Program-made: the position numbers and the translations under genes
The notes under the pieces: generated by a model
What the model was told of the DNA's origin: nothing
The model's database searches: none
The model's input: the letters and a program-made list of their open reading frames with translations, nothing else
Shown: positions 9,773-18,892 of the stretch, piece by piece
How positions within the stretch are numbered: the stretch's first letter is position 1
Layout of the letters: each line of letters begins with the position of its first letter
DNA from: Acidobacteriota bacterium
Lineage (GTDB): Bacteria > Acidobacteriota > UBA6911 > RPQK01 > JAJDTT01
Assembly (NCBI GenBank): GCA_965217775.1
Contig: CBDCJH010000002.1
Location: 5,376,001-5,440,000 of the forward strand
Reading direction: 5' to 3'
Length of the DNA stretch: 64,000 bases

Positions 9773-10792
9773 TCAGCGGAAAAGGCTTTTCTGGGAGGTT
9801 GTCGCTTCGAGGCCCAGCCGGGAATAGGCCAGGGGAGTGGCCACGCGGCCCCGAGGAGTGCGGGCCAGGAAGCCGGTCTGAATCAGGTAGGGCTCGTAGA
9901 TGTCCTCGATGGCGTCCTTCTCCTCGCTGATGGCGGCGGAGAGGGTGCTCAGGCCGACGGGGCCGCCGTCGAATCTTGCGATGATGGTGTCCATGAGCTT
10001 GCGATCGATCTCGTCGAAGCCGAACCGGTCCACGTTCATGAGTTCCAGTCCCCGGCAGGCGATGTCCCGAGAAATCTCTCCGTTGGCCCGTACCTGGGCG
10101 TAATCCCGGACCCGCTTGAGCAGACGGTTGGCGATCCGTGGAGTGCCTCGGCTCCTCCGCGCCACCTCTGACGCTCCTTTGAGGTCGATCCCGACGCCCA
10201 GAATTCTCGCGGAACGGCGGATGATGGAGACCAGGCTCTCGACGTCGTAGAAGTCGAGTCGCTGTATGATCCCGAATCTTCCCCGGAGCGGAGAGGTGAT
10301 CAGACCGGTGCGGGTCGTGGCCCCCACCAGGGTGAACTGGGGTATATCGATCTTTATGGAGCGGGCGCCCGGGCCTTCGCCGATGATGATATCGATCTGA
10401 AAGTCCTCCATCGCCGGGTAGAGAATCTCCTCGATGGCGGGATGGAGGCGGTGGATCTCGTCGATGAAGAGAACGTCCTTGTCTTCCAGGTTGGTGAGAA
10501 TGGCGGCCAGGTCCCCTCGTTTCTCGATGGCGGGGCCGGAAGTGGAGCGAAAGTTGACCTCGAGTTCATGGGCGATGACGTGGGCCAGGGTCGTCTTTCC
10601 CAGACCGGGAGGCCCGAAAATCAGAATGTGGTCCAGCGCCTCCCCGCGGCGGCGGGCAGCTTCGATGCCGACGGAGAGCCCCTCCTTGACCTGGTCCTGA
10701 CCCACGAAGTCACGCAGCCGGCGAGGACGGAGATCGGTCTCGTAGAGGACCTCTTCTTCCTGATGCCCAGGATTCATGAGTCGGTCCTGCAC
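9773..10792 (-). CDS. ruvB: Holliday junction branch migration ATPase RuvB
   Basis: [28 protein letters not shown] and [12 protein letters not shown] motifs. Confidence 0.98.
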   Translation of the reverse strand: MQDRLMNPGHQEEEVLYETDLRPRRLRDFVGQDQVKEGLSVGIEAARRRGEALDHILIFGPPGLGKTTLAHVIAHELEVNFRSTSGPAIEKRGDLAAILTNLEDKDVLFIDEIHRLHPAIEEILYPAMEDFQIDIIIGEGPGARSIKIDIPQFTLVGATTRTGLITSPLRGRFGIIQRLDFYDVESLVSIIRRSARILGVGIDLKGASEVARRSRGTPRIANRLLKRVRDYAQVRANGEISRDIACRGLELMNVDRFGFDEIDRKLMDTIIARFDGGPVGLSTLSAAISEEKDAIEDIYEPYLIQTGFLARTPRGRVATPLAYSRLGLEATTSQKSLFR

Positions 10793-10865
10793 CTGTCAAT
10801 TCCTCTGAGACTCGGCTTCCGCCGGCAATTGGCCGCTCTGCTTCAATCCCGGTTCCGCCCTCCGG

Positions 10866-11462
10866 TTACCTGGAGATCTTGCGCAACGTGCTCCTGAGCA
10901 GATCCTCGAAGCGATCCGGGCTCTTCTGCGTGAGCACCTGGGCGACGGCCTTCTCTGCGATTCTCTTGACATAGCCCAAGTTGACCAGGGCGGAAACCAC
11001 GTCTTGCCGTAGTTGGGCCGGAACCCCCGAAATGCTTACCGTCTCCACTGGCGGCGTCAAACCCTGCAGCCGGTCGGGCATCTCCAGGACGATCCGTCCC
11101 GCCGTCTTCTTGCCCACGCCGGGGACGGCGCAGAGTCGAGCCAAGTCCTTGTCCGCGACGGCCTCCAGAAATTCGTCGACCGGCATTCCCGACAGGATGG
11201 CAATTCCCAGTCGAGGGCCGATGCCCGATACCTGGATGAGGCGCGTGAAAAGCTCCTTCTCTCTGACAGTGGAGAAACCATAGAGACTGAGTTGATCCCC
11301 TTTCGCGTGAGTGTAGATTTGGAGGGTGACAGCGTCGGACTCGGAACCCAACTCGTAGTAGGTCGAGAAGGGGATGTGAACCTCGTATCCGACTCCGCGA
11401 ACGTCCACGATGACGCGGCCGGCCGACTTCTCCGCGAGAACGCCTGTAAGGCGAGCGATCAT
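10866..11462 (-). CDS. ruvA: Holliday junction DNA-binding protein RuvA
   Basis: DVRGVGYEV, LYGF, VSGIGPR, PGVGKKTA and ALVNLGY motifs. Confidence 0.97.
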   Translation of the reverse strand: MIARLTGVLAEKSAGRVIVDVRGVGYEVHIPFSTYYELGSESDAVTLQIYTHAKGDQLSLYGFSTVREKELFTRLIQVSGIGPRLGIAILSGMPVDEFLEAVADKDLARLCAVPGVGKKTAGRIVLEMPDRLQGLTPPVETVSISGVPAQLRQDVVSALVNLGYVKRIAEKAVAQVLTQKSPDRFEDLLRSTLRKISR

Positions 11463-11468
11463 CTGCTG

Positions 11469-11474
11469 ATTATA
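11469..11474 (-). promoter_or_regulatory. -10 element TATAAT of ruvAB (leaderless type)
   Basis: Consensus TATAAT 6 nt before ATG. Confidence 0.65.
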
Positions 11475-11644
11475 CCGTCGGACCCTGAGCTGACGTGATG
11501 GGCGGCGTTGCTTCTATACCTGTCTTTGAAACCGCTGTCGTCGAAGCCGAGCGGCCGGTTGTCTTGGGTGACGGCATCGAAATCGTCCTCCGGCTGGACC
11601 AAGGCATGTCAGGAGTCCCCCACGTGATGACCGTCATGATACCG

Positions 11645-12271
11645 TCACGCCATCGGCCGGCGCGACAAGTCCAGCTCGACTGGTTCGCGCCCGCGTGCAA
11701 ATTCGAACCCCTCTCCGGACGGCTCCATGAAGGTGATCGATTCGTAGAAGTTGTCCAACGAGATGAACAAGCCGTTCTCTTCCGCCCACCGCCGCATCCG
11801 CTGGTTACAAGAGTGCCCCCACGACAGGATCTCCACGCCCCAGCCGCGTTTGTGCATGCGCTCCAACGTGCTGTGGAAGCCCGCGCCTTCACGATAGCCG
11901 GCGCCGTCTCCGGTCAGGAGCACCGCGATGCCCGGGTCGCCATTGTAGTCGAGTGCATCCTCCAGCATTCGCAACTGCAGCAGCCGGTCGGGCATGTCCT
12001 GTTCGCTTCGCGCCGGGTTGCCACGGTCGAAGAGTTTCACTTCTACACCCTTGCCTTCCATCCGATTCCACAACTGGCGCATTTCCGGCGGTATGGAACC
12101 TGCGGCGAACGCCCTCTGCACGGGGCGTCTGGCATGCGCCAAACGGAGGATGTTGTCGAAATGGATGCGAACGCGAAAGCGAGCGTCGGGCCCTTCGTCG
12201 CGCTCCTCGACAACGCGTTGCACCTCGTGAAAGATGCTCGAATTGTCCCAATATATGAATGCGCGGTTCAT
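11645..12271 (-). CDS. NYN domain (LabA/DUF88, PIN-fold) putative nuclease
   Basis: IYWDNSSI, EQDMPD, LLTGDG..GF and GWGVEILSW motifs; SD GGAGG upstream. Confidence 0.82.
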   Translation of the reverse strand: MNRAFIYWDNSSIFHEVQRVVEERDEGPDARFRVRIHFDNILRLAHARRPVQRAFAAGSIPPEMRQLWNRMEGKGVEVKLFDRGNPARSEQDMPDRLLQLRMLEDALDYNGDPGIAVLLTGDGAGYREGAGFHSTLERMHKRGWGVEILSWGHSCNQRMRRWAEENGLFISLDNFYESITFMEPSGEGFEFARGREPVELDLSRRPMA

Positions 12272-12609
12272 GTCGATTCACCTCCCTGAATCTAGTAGCG
12301 GGTCGAGCGGCTGCCGACGGCTCGGCGTAAGCTGGACCGGTTCCACATCCGACTCATGGGGTATCGTCTGCTCCACTGTTGAAAAGCACGTACTTCTCTG
12401 ATTGCCGGTCCCGGAAGAGACAGTTGATCTCCGGCCAGCCTTATACGAGACCATTGTACGATAGAGCTTTGGCGGCGCAGTTCCTGCATTCTGCGTCAGT
12501 ATAGATGCGGTATGCGGTGTGGGCGCCAGAGTTGATGGACGAACTCCGCGGCATCGGTCTTCCCGTCAGATTCGAGGGCCCGTGGCCGCCCACGTCGAAG
12601 CCGTGCTGC

Positions 12610-13353
12610 TCACACTACGGTCGATTTCCGGGCCAGGAGACCGCGGTCCATCTCGGCCAGGATCTTCCGGGCTTGCGCCAAGGGGTCGGCGGCGTCGCGG
12701 ATGGGCCGTCCCACGACCAGAAAGTCGGCGCCGTCCCGGACCGCGCGATAGGGAGTGACCACGCGTTTCTGGTCGTCGAGCCGATCCCCGCCGAGCCGGA
12801 TGCCGGGGCAGACGAGAAGCGGACCTCGGCCCAACTCCCGGCGCAGCCTTCGCACATTCTGGCCGGAGCAGATCAATCCATCGCAGCCGTTGGAAACCGC
12901 ACTCCGGGCTCTCCAGCCGACGTAATCCTGCAAATCCCGGAACCGTCCTCCCGAACCCAGGCCAACGCTGTCTCGCAGGTCCTGGGCATCCACACTGGTC
13001 AGCAGGGTGACACAGAGCACCTGTAGCCGAGACCCGCTTTTCCCCTCTCGAGCGGCCGCTGCTCCGGCTCCCGTGTCATGAATGGTGATGAAGCGGGTGC
13101 CCAGCCGGGAGGCCGCGGCGACGGAGCGTCGCATGGTCGCCGGTATGTCGTACAGCTTGAGGTCCAGGAAAACGTCCAGTCCCTCCCGGACCAGCCACCG
13201 CACCAGACCCGGCCCCTCCGAAACGAAGAGCTCGAGCCCCACCTTGAAGAAACCCACGGAGGGGCGCAACGTGGCAACCAGGGCGTCCGCCTCGCTCCGG
13301 CTCGCCACATCCAGGGCGAAAATGAGCCGCCTCTCCGACGCGCCGGGGCTCAT
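12610..13353 (-). CDS. pyrF: Orotidine-5'-phosphate decarboxylase
   Basis: LIFALDV, FKVGLEL, FLDLKLYDIPAT, PGIR and LVVGRPI motifs; start MSPGAS overlaps upstream stop. Confidence 0.95.
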   Translation of the reverse strand: MSPGASERRLIFALDVASRSEADALVATLRPSVGFFKVGLELFVSEGPGLVRWLVREGLDVFLDLKLYDIPATMRRSVAAASRLGTRFITIHDTGAGAAAAREGKSGSRLQVLCVTLLTSVDAQDLRDSVGLGSGGRFRDLQDYVGWRARSAVSNGCDGLICSGQNVRRLRRELGRGPLLVCPGIRLGGDRLDDQKRVVTPYRAVRDGADFLVVGRPIRDAADPLAQARKILAEMDRGLLARKSTVV

Positions 13354-14453
13354 AGGGAGAGCAGGGGATTCTCTCGATTCTCCAGCGGCAGCTTGACGGG
13401 GCCTCCCTGGCGCTGGGACTCGAAGGCCGCCACGATCATCTCGGTGGCGCCGCGAGCCTCGTAAACGCTGCCCAGAGGGTCGCGGTCTTTCTCGATGGCC
13501 CGGATCAGATCTTCGCAGAGCCAGACGTTCCCCTGGTGAGCGCCGCCCTTCTCCAGCGGTTCCGGCTGGCCGACTCCGGTCGTGCTCACGCTGATCCACT
13601 TGGAGCCGGTCCTGCCCGGCGACCACGCGGAATCTTCCAGCAAGTGCACGTCGGGGACCGGGCCGGTATGAGTCTCGAGCAGCCCCTTGGACCCCCGGAT
13701 CGTAAGCCCGAAACGAGTCGGCCTGCCGGCCGCGTTCCGGTGACTCGAAAAATAGGCGCCCGCGCCGCTCTCCATGCCGTACATGGCTTCCACCCGGTCT
13801 CCCGCCAATGGGCCGATGCCTTCGGCACCGTCTACAACCTCGGCGCGGGACACCGGACGTCCGTTCTGGGTCACCCGGGCGTAGCACCAGAGGGCGTTTC
13901 CCCCGAAAATACGCATCAGGTCGAAGATGTGCGTCCCCAGGACCCACAGGTCCTCGCCGCCGCCGCGACGGTCCTCCTTGCCGCGGCCGCAGAATTCCAG
14001 AACCCGGCCCAGACGTCCCTCGGCGATCAGGTCCTTCATCACCTGGATCTTGGGGCTGTAACGAGTCTGGTGGGCGATCGCCAGCTTGACGTGGGAACGC
14101 TCGCAGGCCTCCACCATGGCGTCCGCCTCGGCCAGAGTCCGGCACATTGGCTTTTCCAGGAAGATGCTGGCTCCGTACTCGGCGCAGGCCAACACCATGT
14201 CGTGGTGGCAGTCCAGCCAGCGGGGAGCCACGCTCACGATCTGAGGACGTTCCTGCCGCAACATCTCCCGGTAGTCCGAGTAGCCGGCCTTGACGCCCAG
14301 CCGGGCAGTCGCTTCCTGGAGACCCTTCTCGTCCTCATCGGCGACGGCGACCAGTTCCGCCCGGTCCACCGCCAGCCAGACCGTGTCCAGGCCGTGCCCA
14401 TAGTTCCCTCGGTTGGTCCGGCCGATCACGGCGACCCGGTATTTCTCGCTCAT
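13350..14453 (-). CDS. Gfo/Idh/MocA family oxidoreductase
   Basis: Rossmann N-terminus, FLEKPM and GTHIFDL motifs. Confidence 0.9.
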   Translation of the reverse strand: MSEKYRVAVIGRTNRGNYGHGLDTVWLAVDRAELVAVADEDEKGLQEATARLGVKAGYSDYREMLRQERPQIVSVAPRWLDCHHDMVLACAEYGASIFLEKPMCRTLAEADAMVEACERSHVKLAIAHQTRYSPKIQVMKDLIAEGRLGRVLEFCGRGKEDRRGGGEDLWVLGTHIFDLMRIFGGNALWCYARVTQNGRPVSRAEVVDGAEGIGPLAGDRVEAMYGMESGAGAYFSSHRNAAGRPTRFGLTIRGSKGLLETHTGPVPDVHLLEDSAWSPGRTGSKWISVSTTGVGQPEPLEKGGAHQGNVWLCEDLIRAIEKDRDPLGSVYEARGATEMIVAAFESQRQGGPVKLPLENRENPLLSL

Positions 14454-14493
14454 AGTTTCACCTCACAGAAAAGGTTGGGGATGAAGTCGATCT

Positions 14494-14595
14494 TAACAGT
14501 CCGTGGTGAAAGTCTCACGCAGCACCGGTCGAATGCCGTGACGACTTTTGCCACGGGCTGTCAACAGTTGGCAACCCGTGGCAAAAGTCGTCACG
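14494..14595. mobile_element. Internally deleted MITE copy plus inverted extra end
   Basis: Both TIRs of the 164-bp MITE within ~69 bp (14494-14562); 29-bp arms 14537-14565 and 14567-14595 form a palindrome. Confidence 0.8.
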
Positions 14596-14725
14596 CCGTC
14601 GTCGCCGGTCCGGCGGGCCGAGTTCCCCTCTGGCAAACTGTTGCCGGTAGGGCTAACCTGATGAACCACGCCCGGGACGCTAATTTCGCGTCTCATCGGG
14701 TGGTTCGCGAATCGTGGAGTCGCAG

Positions 14726-16255
14726 ATGGAGCATGGTGCGGGGAGGTGGGGGGCTTGGCTGCTCCTGTGGCCTCTCTTGGTTGCGGCGGAACCCGCCTGG
14801 TGCCAGGAGCCGGCTTCCAACGCCGGTTCGGCGGCGCCGCCGCGATTCGACTTGTCTTCAGCTTCCGGCTCTGAGTCCCGTCCGTCGCCTCTGGAGCTGT
14901 TGCGCGAAGCAATTCTCCAACTCCGGCAGCTTCCCGACTCCAACCGTCGCGTGAAACGTTCGGTCGGCGACGTCGTGGAGGCCATCTCCGAAAGCCTGTC
15001 CCACAAGGGAGAAAGCCTTTACCTCGACGGAAGGCAGATCCGTTCGTATCCGGATGGAAAGAGGGTCTTCAAGTACTGCAAACGGGCGCTGCGCCGGCTC
15101 CAGCGGGGCTTCAATTCGGTGCGCGGGAACCGCGAGGTCCTGTCGGTCTTCGAGCGGGTGGCAGAGAACCTCCTCGAGGCTCAGACCGAGATCGCACGGG
15201 CCTCCATCGAGGCGGCCCAGCGTTTGAGCGCCCTCGGTCTGGCGGACGAATGGCAGGTGGAAAGAGCCCTTCGGGAATTGGAGAGAGCCGGCCGGCACGA
15301 TGATTCCAGGAAGGCCATGGATGCCCTGAAGAAGGCCTGGGAGGTGTCGCAGCAGGCGGTGCGCCGGCAGAGCCTGGCGGTCATTGCCTTCCGGGACTCT
15401 CCCGATCCGTTTTCTCCGGAGCTGGTTACCAGCACTCTGTCCATCACTTTCAAGATTCTGGCCCGGGGACACTATTCGCTGGACTATGTTCGCGTCATTC
15501 AGGATTCGGCCAGTGGCGAGGTGATCCGAATATTGAACAATCGTCCCTGGGACGGCACGGACGGAACAGGTCGCTTGGTGCCCGACGGGAGCTATCCCTA
15601 TCTGGCCTTCGGTCAGCTCACGAGGCTGACGGTGTACGACCGGCGCCGGGGAAGGATTCCCGTGCGCAAGCCGGGTGAGTATCGAGCCGCATCATTTCCC
15701 ATCACCGGAACCGCCATGGTGGACGGCACGCCGCCCGTGCTCCAGGTCGAGACCACTCCCCCGCCGAACCACCGCGGCTGGCACAATTCGGACGTGACCG
15801 TTTCGTTCAAGGCGCAGGACAACCTGGCCGGATTGGCCAGCCTGAGTCCAGACCTGAAGATCACCGCTGAGGGCGCGGACCGGCGCCTGAGGGGCATGGC
15901 CGTCGATCGAGCCGGAAACAGCACTTCCTTGGATCTGGAAGTCAAGCTGGACAAGCAACCCCCCTCGATCGAGGTGACGTGGCCCACGACCGGGTCGCGG
16001 CTGGAAGAGGGGAGGCTGAGGTTGACGGGGATGGTTCAAGACGCCCTCTCCGGAGTCGCCCAAGTGACTTGCAACGGAACGCCGGTCCGGTCTTGGGACA
16101 CGGACTTCGACTGTGACCTGCGGCTCCGGGAGGGAGAGAATCAAATTCGCGTGGAGGCAGTCGATCACGCGGGAAACGGCGCGTCGGCATCGATTCGGGT
16201 GCACGGCCTGTCGCCCGCCGCCGCGGCGGGACACTTCCCCGCCGGAAAAGAATAG
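14726..16255 (+). CDS. Secreted protein with FlgD-like and Ig-like domains
   Basis: Signal-peptide-like N-terminus; PDPFSP..WDGTD..G.LVPDGSY (FlgD Ig); DGTPP/DKQPP and AVDRAGN/AVDHAGN Ig repeats. Confidence 0.7.
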   Translation: MEHGAGRWGAWLLLWPLLVAAEPAWCQEPASNAGSAAPPRFDLSSASGSESRPSPLELLREAILQLRQLPDSNRRVKRSVGDVVEAISESLSHKGESLYLDGRQIRSYPDGKRVFKYCKRALRRLQRGFNSVRGNREVLSVFERVAENLLEAQTEIARASIEAAQRLSALGLADEWQVERALRELERAGRHDDSRKAMDALKKAWEVSQQAVRRQSLAVIAFRDSPDPFSPELVTSTLSITFKILARGHYSLDYVRVIQDSASGEVIRILNNRPWDGTDGTGRLVPDGSYPYLAFGQLTRLTVYDRRRGRIPVRKPGEYRAASFPITGTAMVDGTPPVLQVETTPPPNHRGWHNSDVTVSFKAQDNLAGLASLSPDLKITAEGADRRLRGMAVDRAGNSTSLDLEVKLDKQPPSIEVTWPTTGSRLEEGRLRLTGMVQDALSGVAQVTCNGTPVRSWDTDFDCDLRLREGENQIRVEAVDHAGNGASASIRVHGLSPAAAAGHFPAGKE

Positions 16256-16257
16256 AA

Positions 16258-17520
16258 ATGCGCGAGTATTTTTCTTGCCTGCCTCGATGGCTCTTCCCGC
16301 TGTTTTTGGGGTTCCAGTTTCACCTGCCGTTGCCGGCCCAGACGGGAGGAGAGGACTGGCCCCGGTTCCTGGGTCCTCGGGGAGACGGCAGCTCAGGCGA
16401 GACGGGCTTGCTCGAAGGCTGGTCCGAAGAGGGTCCGCCTCTGGTCTGGGAACGGAGTCTGGGGCGGTCGTTCAGTCCGCCCGTGACCTCTGAGGGTCGT
16501 ATCGTCGTTTTTCACCGGATTCGGGGCGAGGAGGTCGTCGAGTGTCTGGAATCCGCGACGGGGCGTCCCCTCTGGAAGCAGGGATATCCTACCCGCTATC
16601 TGGACCGGTACGGTTACAACAACGGCCCCCGGTCCTCCCCAGTCATCGACGGGGTCCGTGTCTACACCTTCGGGGCCGAGGGAAAGCTCACCTGTCTCGA
16701 TTTCTCCACCGGTCGAATCCTGTGGCAGCGGTGGATCAACCGGGACTATCGTGTTCCCCAGAATTTTTTCGGCGTCGGTTCGGCTCCGGTGGTCGAAGGG
16801 AATCGAATCCTGCTGAATGCTGGCGGCGACGGCGCGGGTGTCCTGGCGCTGGACAAGAATTCGGGGGAGACCATCTGGAAGACCGGCGAGGACGAGGCGA
16901 GCTACTCAACGCCGGCCGTCGTCGATCTGGACGGACGCCGAGTCGCCATGTTCCTGACCCGGGGGGGCTTCCTTGCGGTCGACGCGGCGGACGGCCGGGA
17001 ACTGTACCGCTATCCTTTCCGTTCCCGCAGCTATGAATCGGTCAATGCCGCCACGCCGGTGGTCGTGGGGAACCAGGTCTTTCTCTCGGCGACCTACAAT
17101 ACGGGAGCCGTTCTGCTGGAGCTGGGTTCGCAAGATTTGACGGAAGTCTGGCGAGACCGGCGGGCGATGCAGAATCATTGGGCCACGAGTCTCTACCGGA
17201 ACGGATACCTGTATGGAGTGGACGGCCGGCACGAGGGGCAGGCCAACCTGCGTTGCATCGAGTTCCTGACCGGTGCAGTTCGCTGGGAATCACCTCGGGA
17301 CCTGGGTCGGTCCGGTTTTGTCCTGGCCGAGGGTCGACTCATTCTTTTGGGGGAGCGGGGAGACCTGGCTCTGGTGGAATTGAGCCCGGAATCGTATCGG
17401 GAGAAGGCTCGTGCACGGGTCCTGACATACCCCTGCTGGGCTCCACCCGTCCTCTCCCACGGGCTGCTCTATCTGCGCAACGAAATCCGCCTGATCTGCC
17501 TGGATCTGAGAAAGAAGTGA
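16258..17520 (+). CDS. PQQ-like beta-propeller repeat protein (BamB-like)
   Basis: DWPRFLGP, GPRSSP, YSTP and WAPPVLS motifs; signal peptide. Confidence 0.88.
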   Translation: MREYFSCLPRWLFPLFLGFQFHLPLPAQTGGEDWPRFLGPRGDGSSGETGLLEGWSEEGPPLVWERSLGRSFSPPVTSEGRIVVFHRIRGEEVVECLESATGRPLWKQGYPTRYLDRYGYNNGPRSSPVIDGVRVYTFGAEGKLTCLDFSTGRILWQRWINRDYRVPQNFFGVGSAPVVEGNRILLNAGGDGAGVLALDKNSGETIWKTGEDEASYSTPAVVDLDGRRVAMFLTRGGFLAVDAADGRELYRYPFRSRSYESVNAATPVVVGNQVFLSATYNTGAVLLELGSQDLTEVWRDRRAMQNHWATSLYRNGYLYGVDGRHEGQANLRCIEFLTGAVRWESPRDLGRSGFVLAEGRLILLGERGDLALVELSPESYREKARARVLTYPCWAPPVLSHGLLYLRNEIRLICLDLRKK

Positions 17521-17645
17521 CCTGTTCTTTCGTCCGCTCCACCTGAATCCCGGGAGGTCGGCGCACGCGGGACCGGGCCGGGGGCGTCCCTGCATCTTCC
17601 GGCGCAGGCCCCGCTCTTGCGCGAGGTGGGACTCTCGCCACCGGC

Positions 17646-17654
17646 TGGTATACT
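17646..17654 (+). promoter_or_regulatory. Extended -10 element TGGTATACT (leaderless type)
   Basis: 6 nt before GTG 17661; no SD sequence. Confidence 0.6.
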
Positions 17655-17660
17655 CCCGAC

Positions 17661-18875
17661 GTGATCCGGGCCCTTCAGGTGAGCAAGGTCTACAGGTCCT
17701 ACCCGGGTCCCTTCGCCCTCTTGCGGGAGATCAGTTCCGGGAGACCTTCCCATCGGCCCTTCACGGCCCTGGAATCGGTCAGTTTTCAAGTACGACGCGG
17801 TGAGAGTTTCGGCATCGTCGGCAACAACGGGGCAGGGAAGTCGACCCTGCTCAAGATATTGGCCGGAACCTGCGCTCCCACCCGCGGAGAAGTCCAGCTC
17901 CAGGGTCGAGTGGCCGCACTTCTGGAATTGGGCGTCGGTTTCGACCCTGAGTTCACGGGACGGCGCAACCTCTACTTCGGGGGCACCCTGGCTGGTTTTT
18001 CCAGGGATGAGATTGCACGCCGCGAGTCCGGGATCATCGAATTCAGTGGCCTTGGCGATGAGATCGATCGACCGGTCAAGACCTACTCCGCGGGCATGAT
18101 GCTGCGACTTGCCTTCTCCCTGGCGACCAGTTTCGAGCCGGATGTGCTGATCGTCGACGAGGTTCTGGCCGTGGGTGACGGTGAGTTCCAGAGCAGGTGT
18201 CTCGATCGTATTCAAGGCCTCCGGGATCGAGGCTGCACCGCGGTCTTATGCTCCCACGCTCTCCATCAGATAGAGGCCTTCTGTTCCCGAGCCCTTTGGC
18301 TGCATCGGGGGCGGGTCCAGGCGATGGGTTCAAGCCGCGAGGTGGTGGGGCGATACCGGGATTTCTGTCAGGCTGGAAGCCGGGAGTGGGATCCGGTTCA
18401 GGCCCAGGAGGCCGGTTCCCGAAAGATCTGCTGGATCGAGGATGTCAAGCTCGAACGTCCGCGGACCGGGCCCTTCCGGACTGGAGAAAGTTTGAAGTTG
18501 GACGTTTCGGCCCGCTTTCTCCCCGAGTTCCACGGGACTCCCGGCCTGGGAGTCGCCGTGGTGCGGGACGATGGCGTTGTGGTCTACGTCACCAGCACCA
18601 TCTTCGACGGTGTCCCGCTTCGGGAAGTCGGGCCCGGCGAGTACCACGCCCGGGTGGCGTTTCCCCGCATGGCGCTATTGGAAGGCCGCTACTACTTCAA
18701 CGTCGTGGCCACCGATACCGCAGGTCTCCAGTCCTACGATCTGGCCGAGAAGAAGGAACCCTTCTCGGTGACCCACAGCGGTTCCGATTCGGGTCTTCTG
18801 CGGCTGGCACTGGAATGGGGGCAGGTCGAGGAAAGAGAAAAAAGGAAAGAGGAAAGAGTGAAGAGGAAAGAGTGA
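17661..18875 (+). CDS. Polysaccharide ABC exporter ATP-binding subunit (Wzt-like, with C-terminal domain)
   Basis: [18 protein letters not shown] and DEVLAVGD motifs; beta-rich C-terminal domain. Confidence 0.88.
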   Translation: MIRALQVSKVYRSYPGPFALLREISSGRPSHRPFTALESVSFQVRRGESFGIVGNNGAGKSTLLKILAGTCAPTRGEVQLQGRVAALLELGVGFDPEFTGRRNLYFGGTLAGFSRDEIARRESGIIEFSGLGDEIDRPVKTYSAGMMLRLAFSLATSFEPDVLIVDEVLAVGDGEFQSRCLDRIQGLRDRGCTAVLCSHALHQIEAFCSRALWLHRGRVQAMGSSREVVGRYRDFCQAGSREWDPVQAQEAGSRKICWIEDVKLERPRTGPFRTGESLKLDVSARFLPEFHGTPGLGVAVVRDDGVVVYVTSTIFDGVPLREVGPGEYHARVAFPRMALLEGRYYFNVVATDTAGLQSYDLAEKKEPFSVTHSGSDSGLLRLALEWGQVEEREKRKEERVKRKE

Positions 18876-18892
18876 AGAGGAGAAGGGGGGAG
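18828..18892 (+). repeat. Purine-rich low-complexity tract with GAGGAAAGAG repeats
   Basis: gaggaaagagaaaaaaggaaagaggaaagagtgaagaggaaagagtgaagaggagaagggggag spans the wzt stop. Confidence 0.75.
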
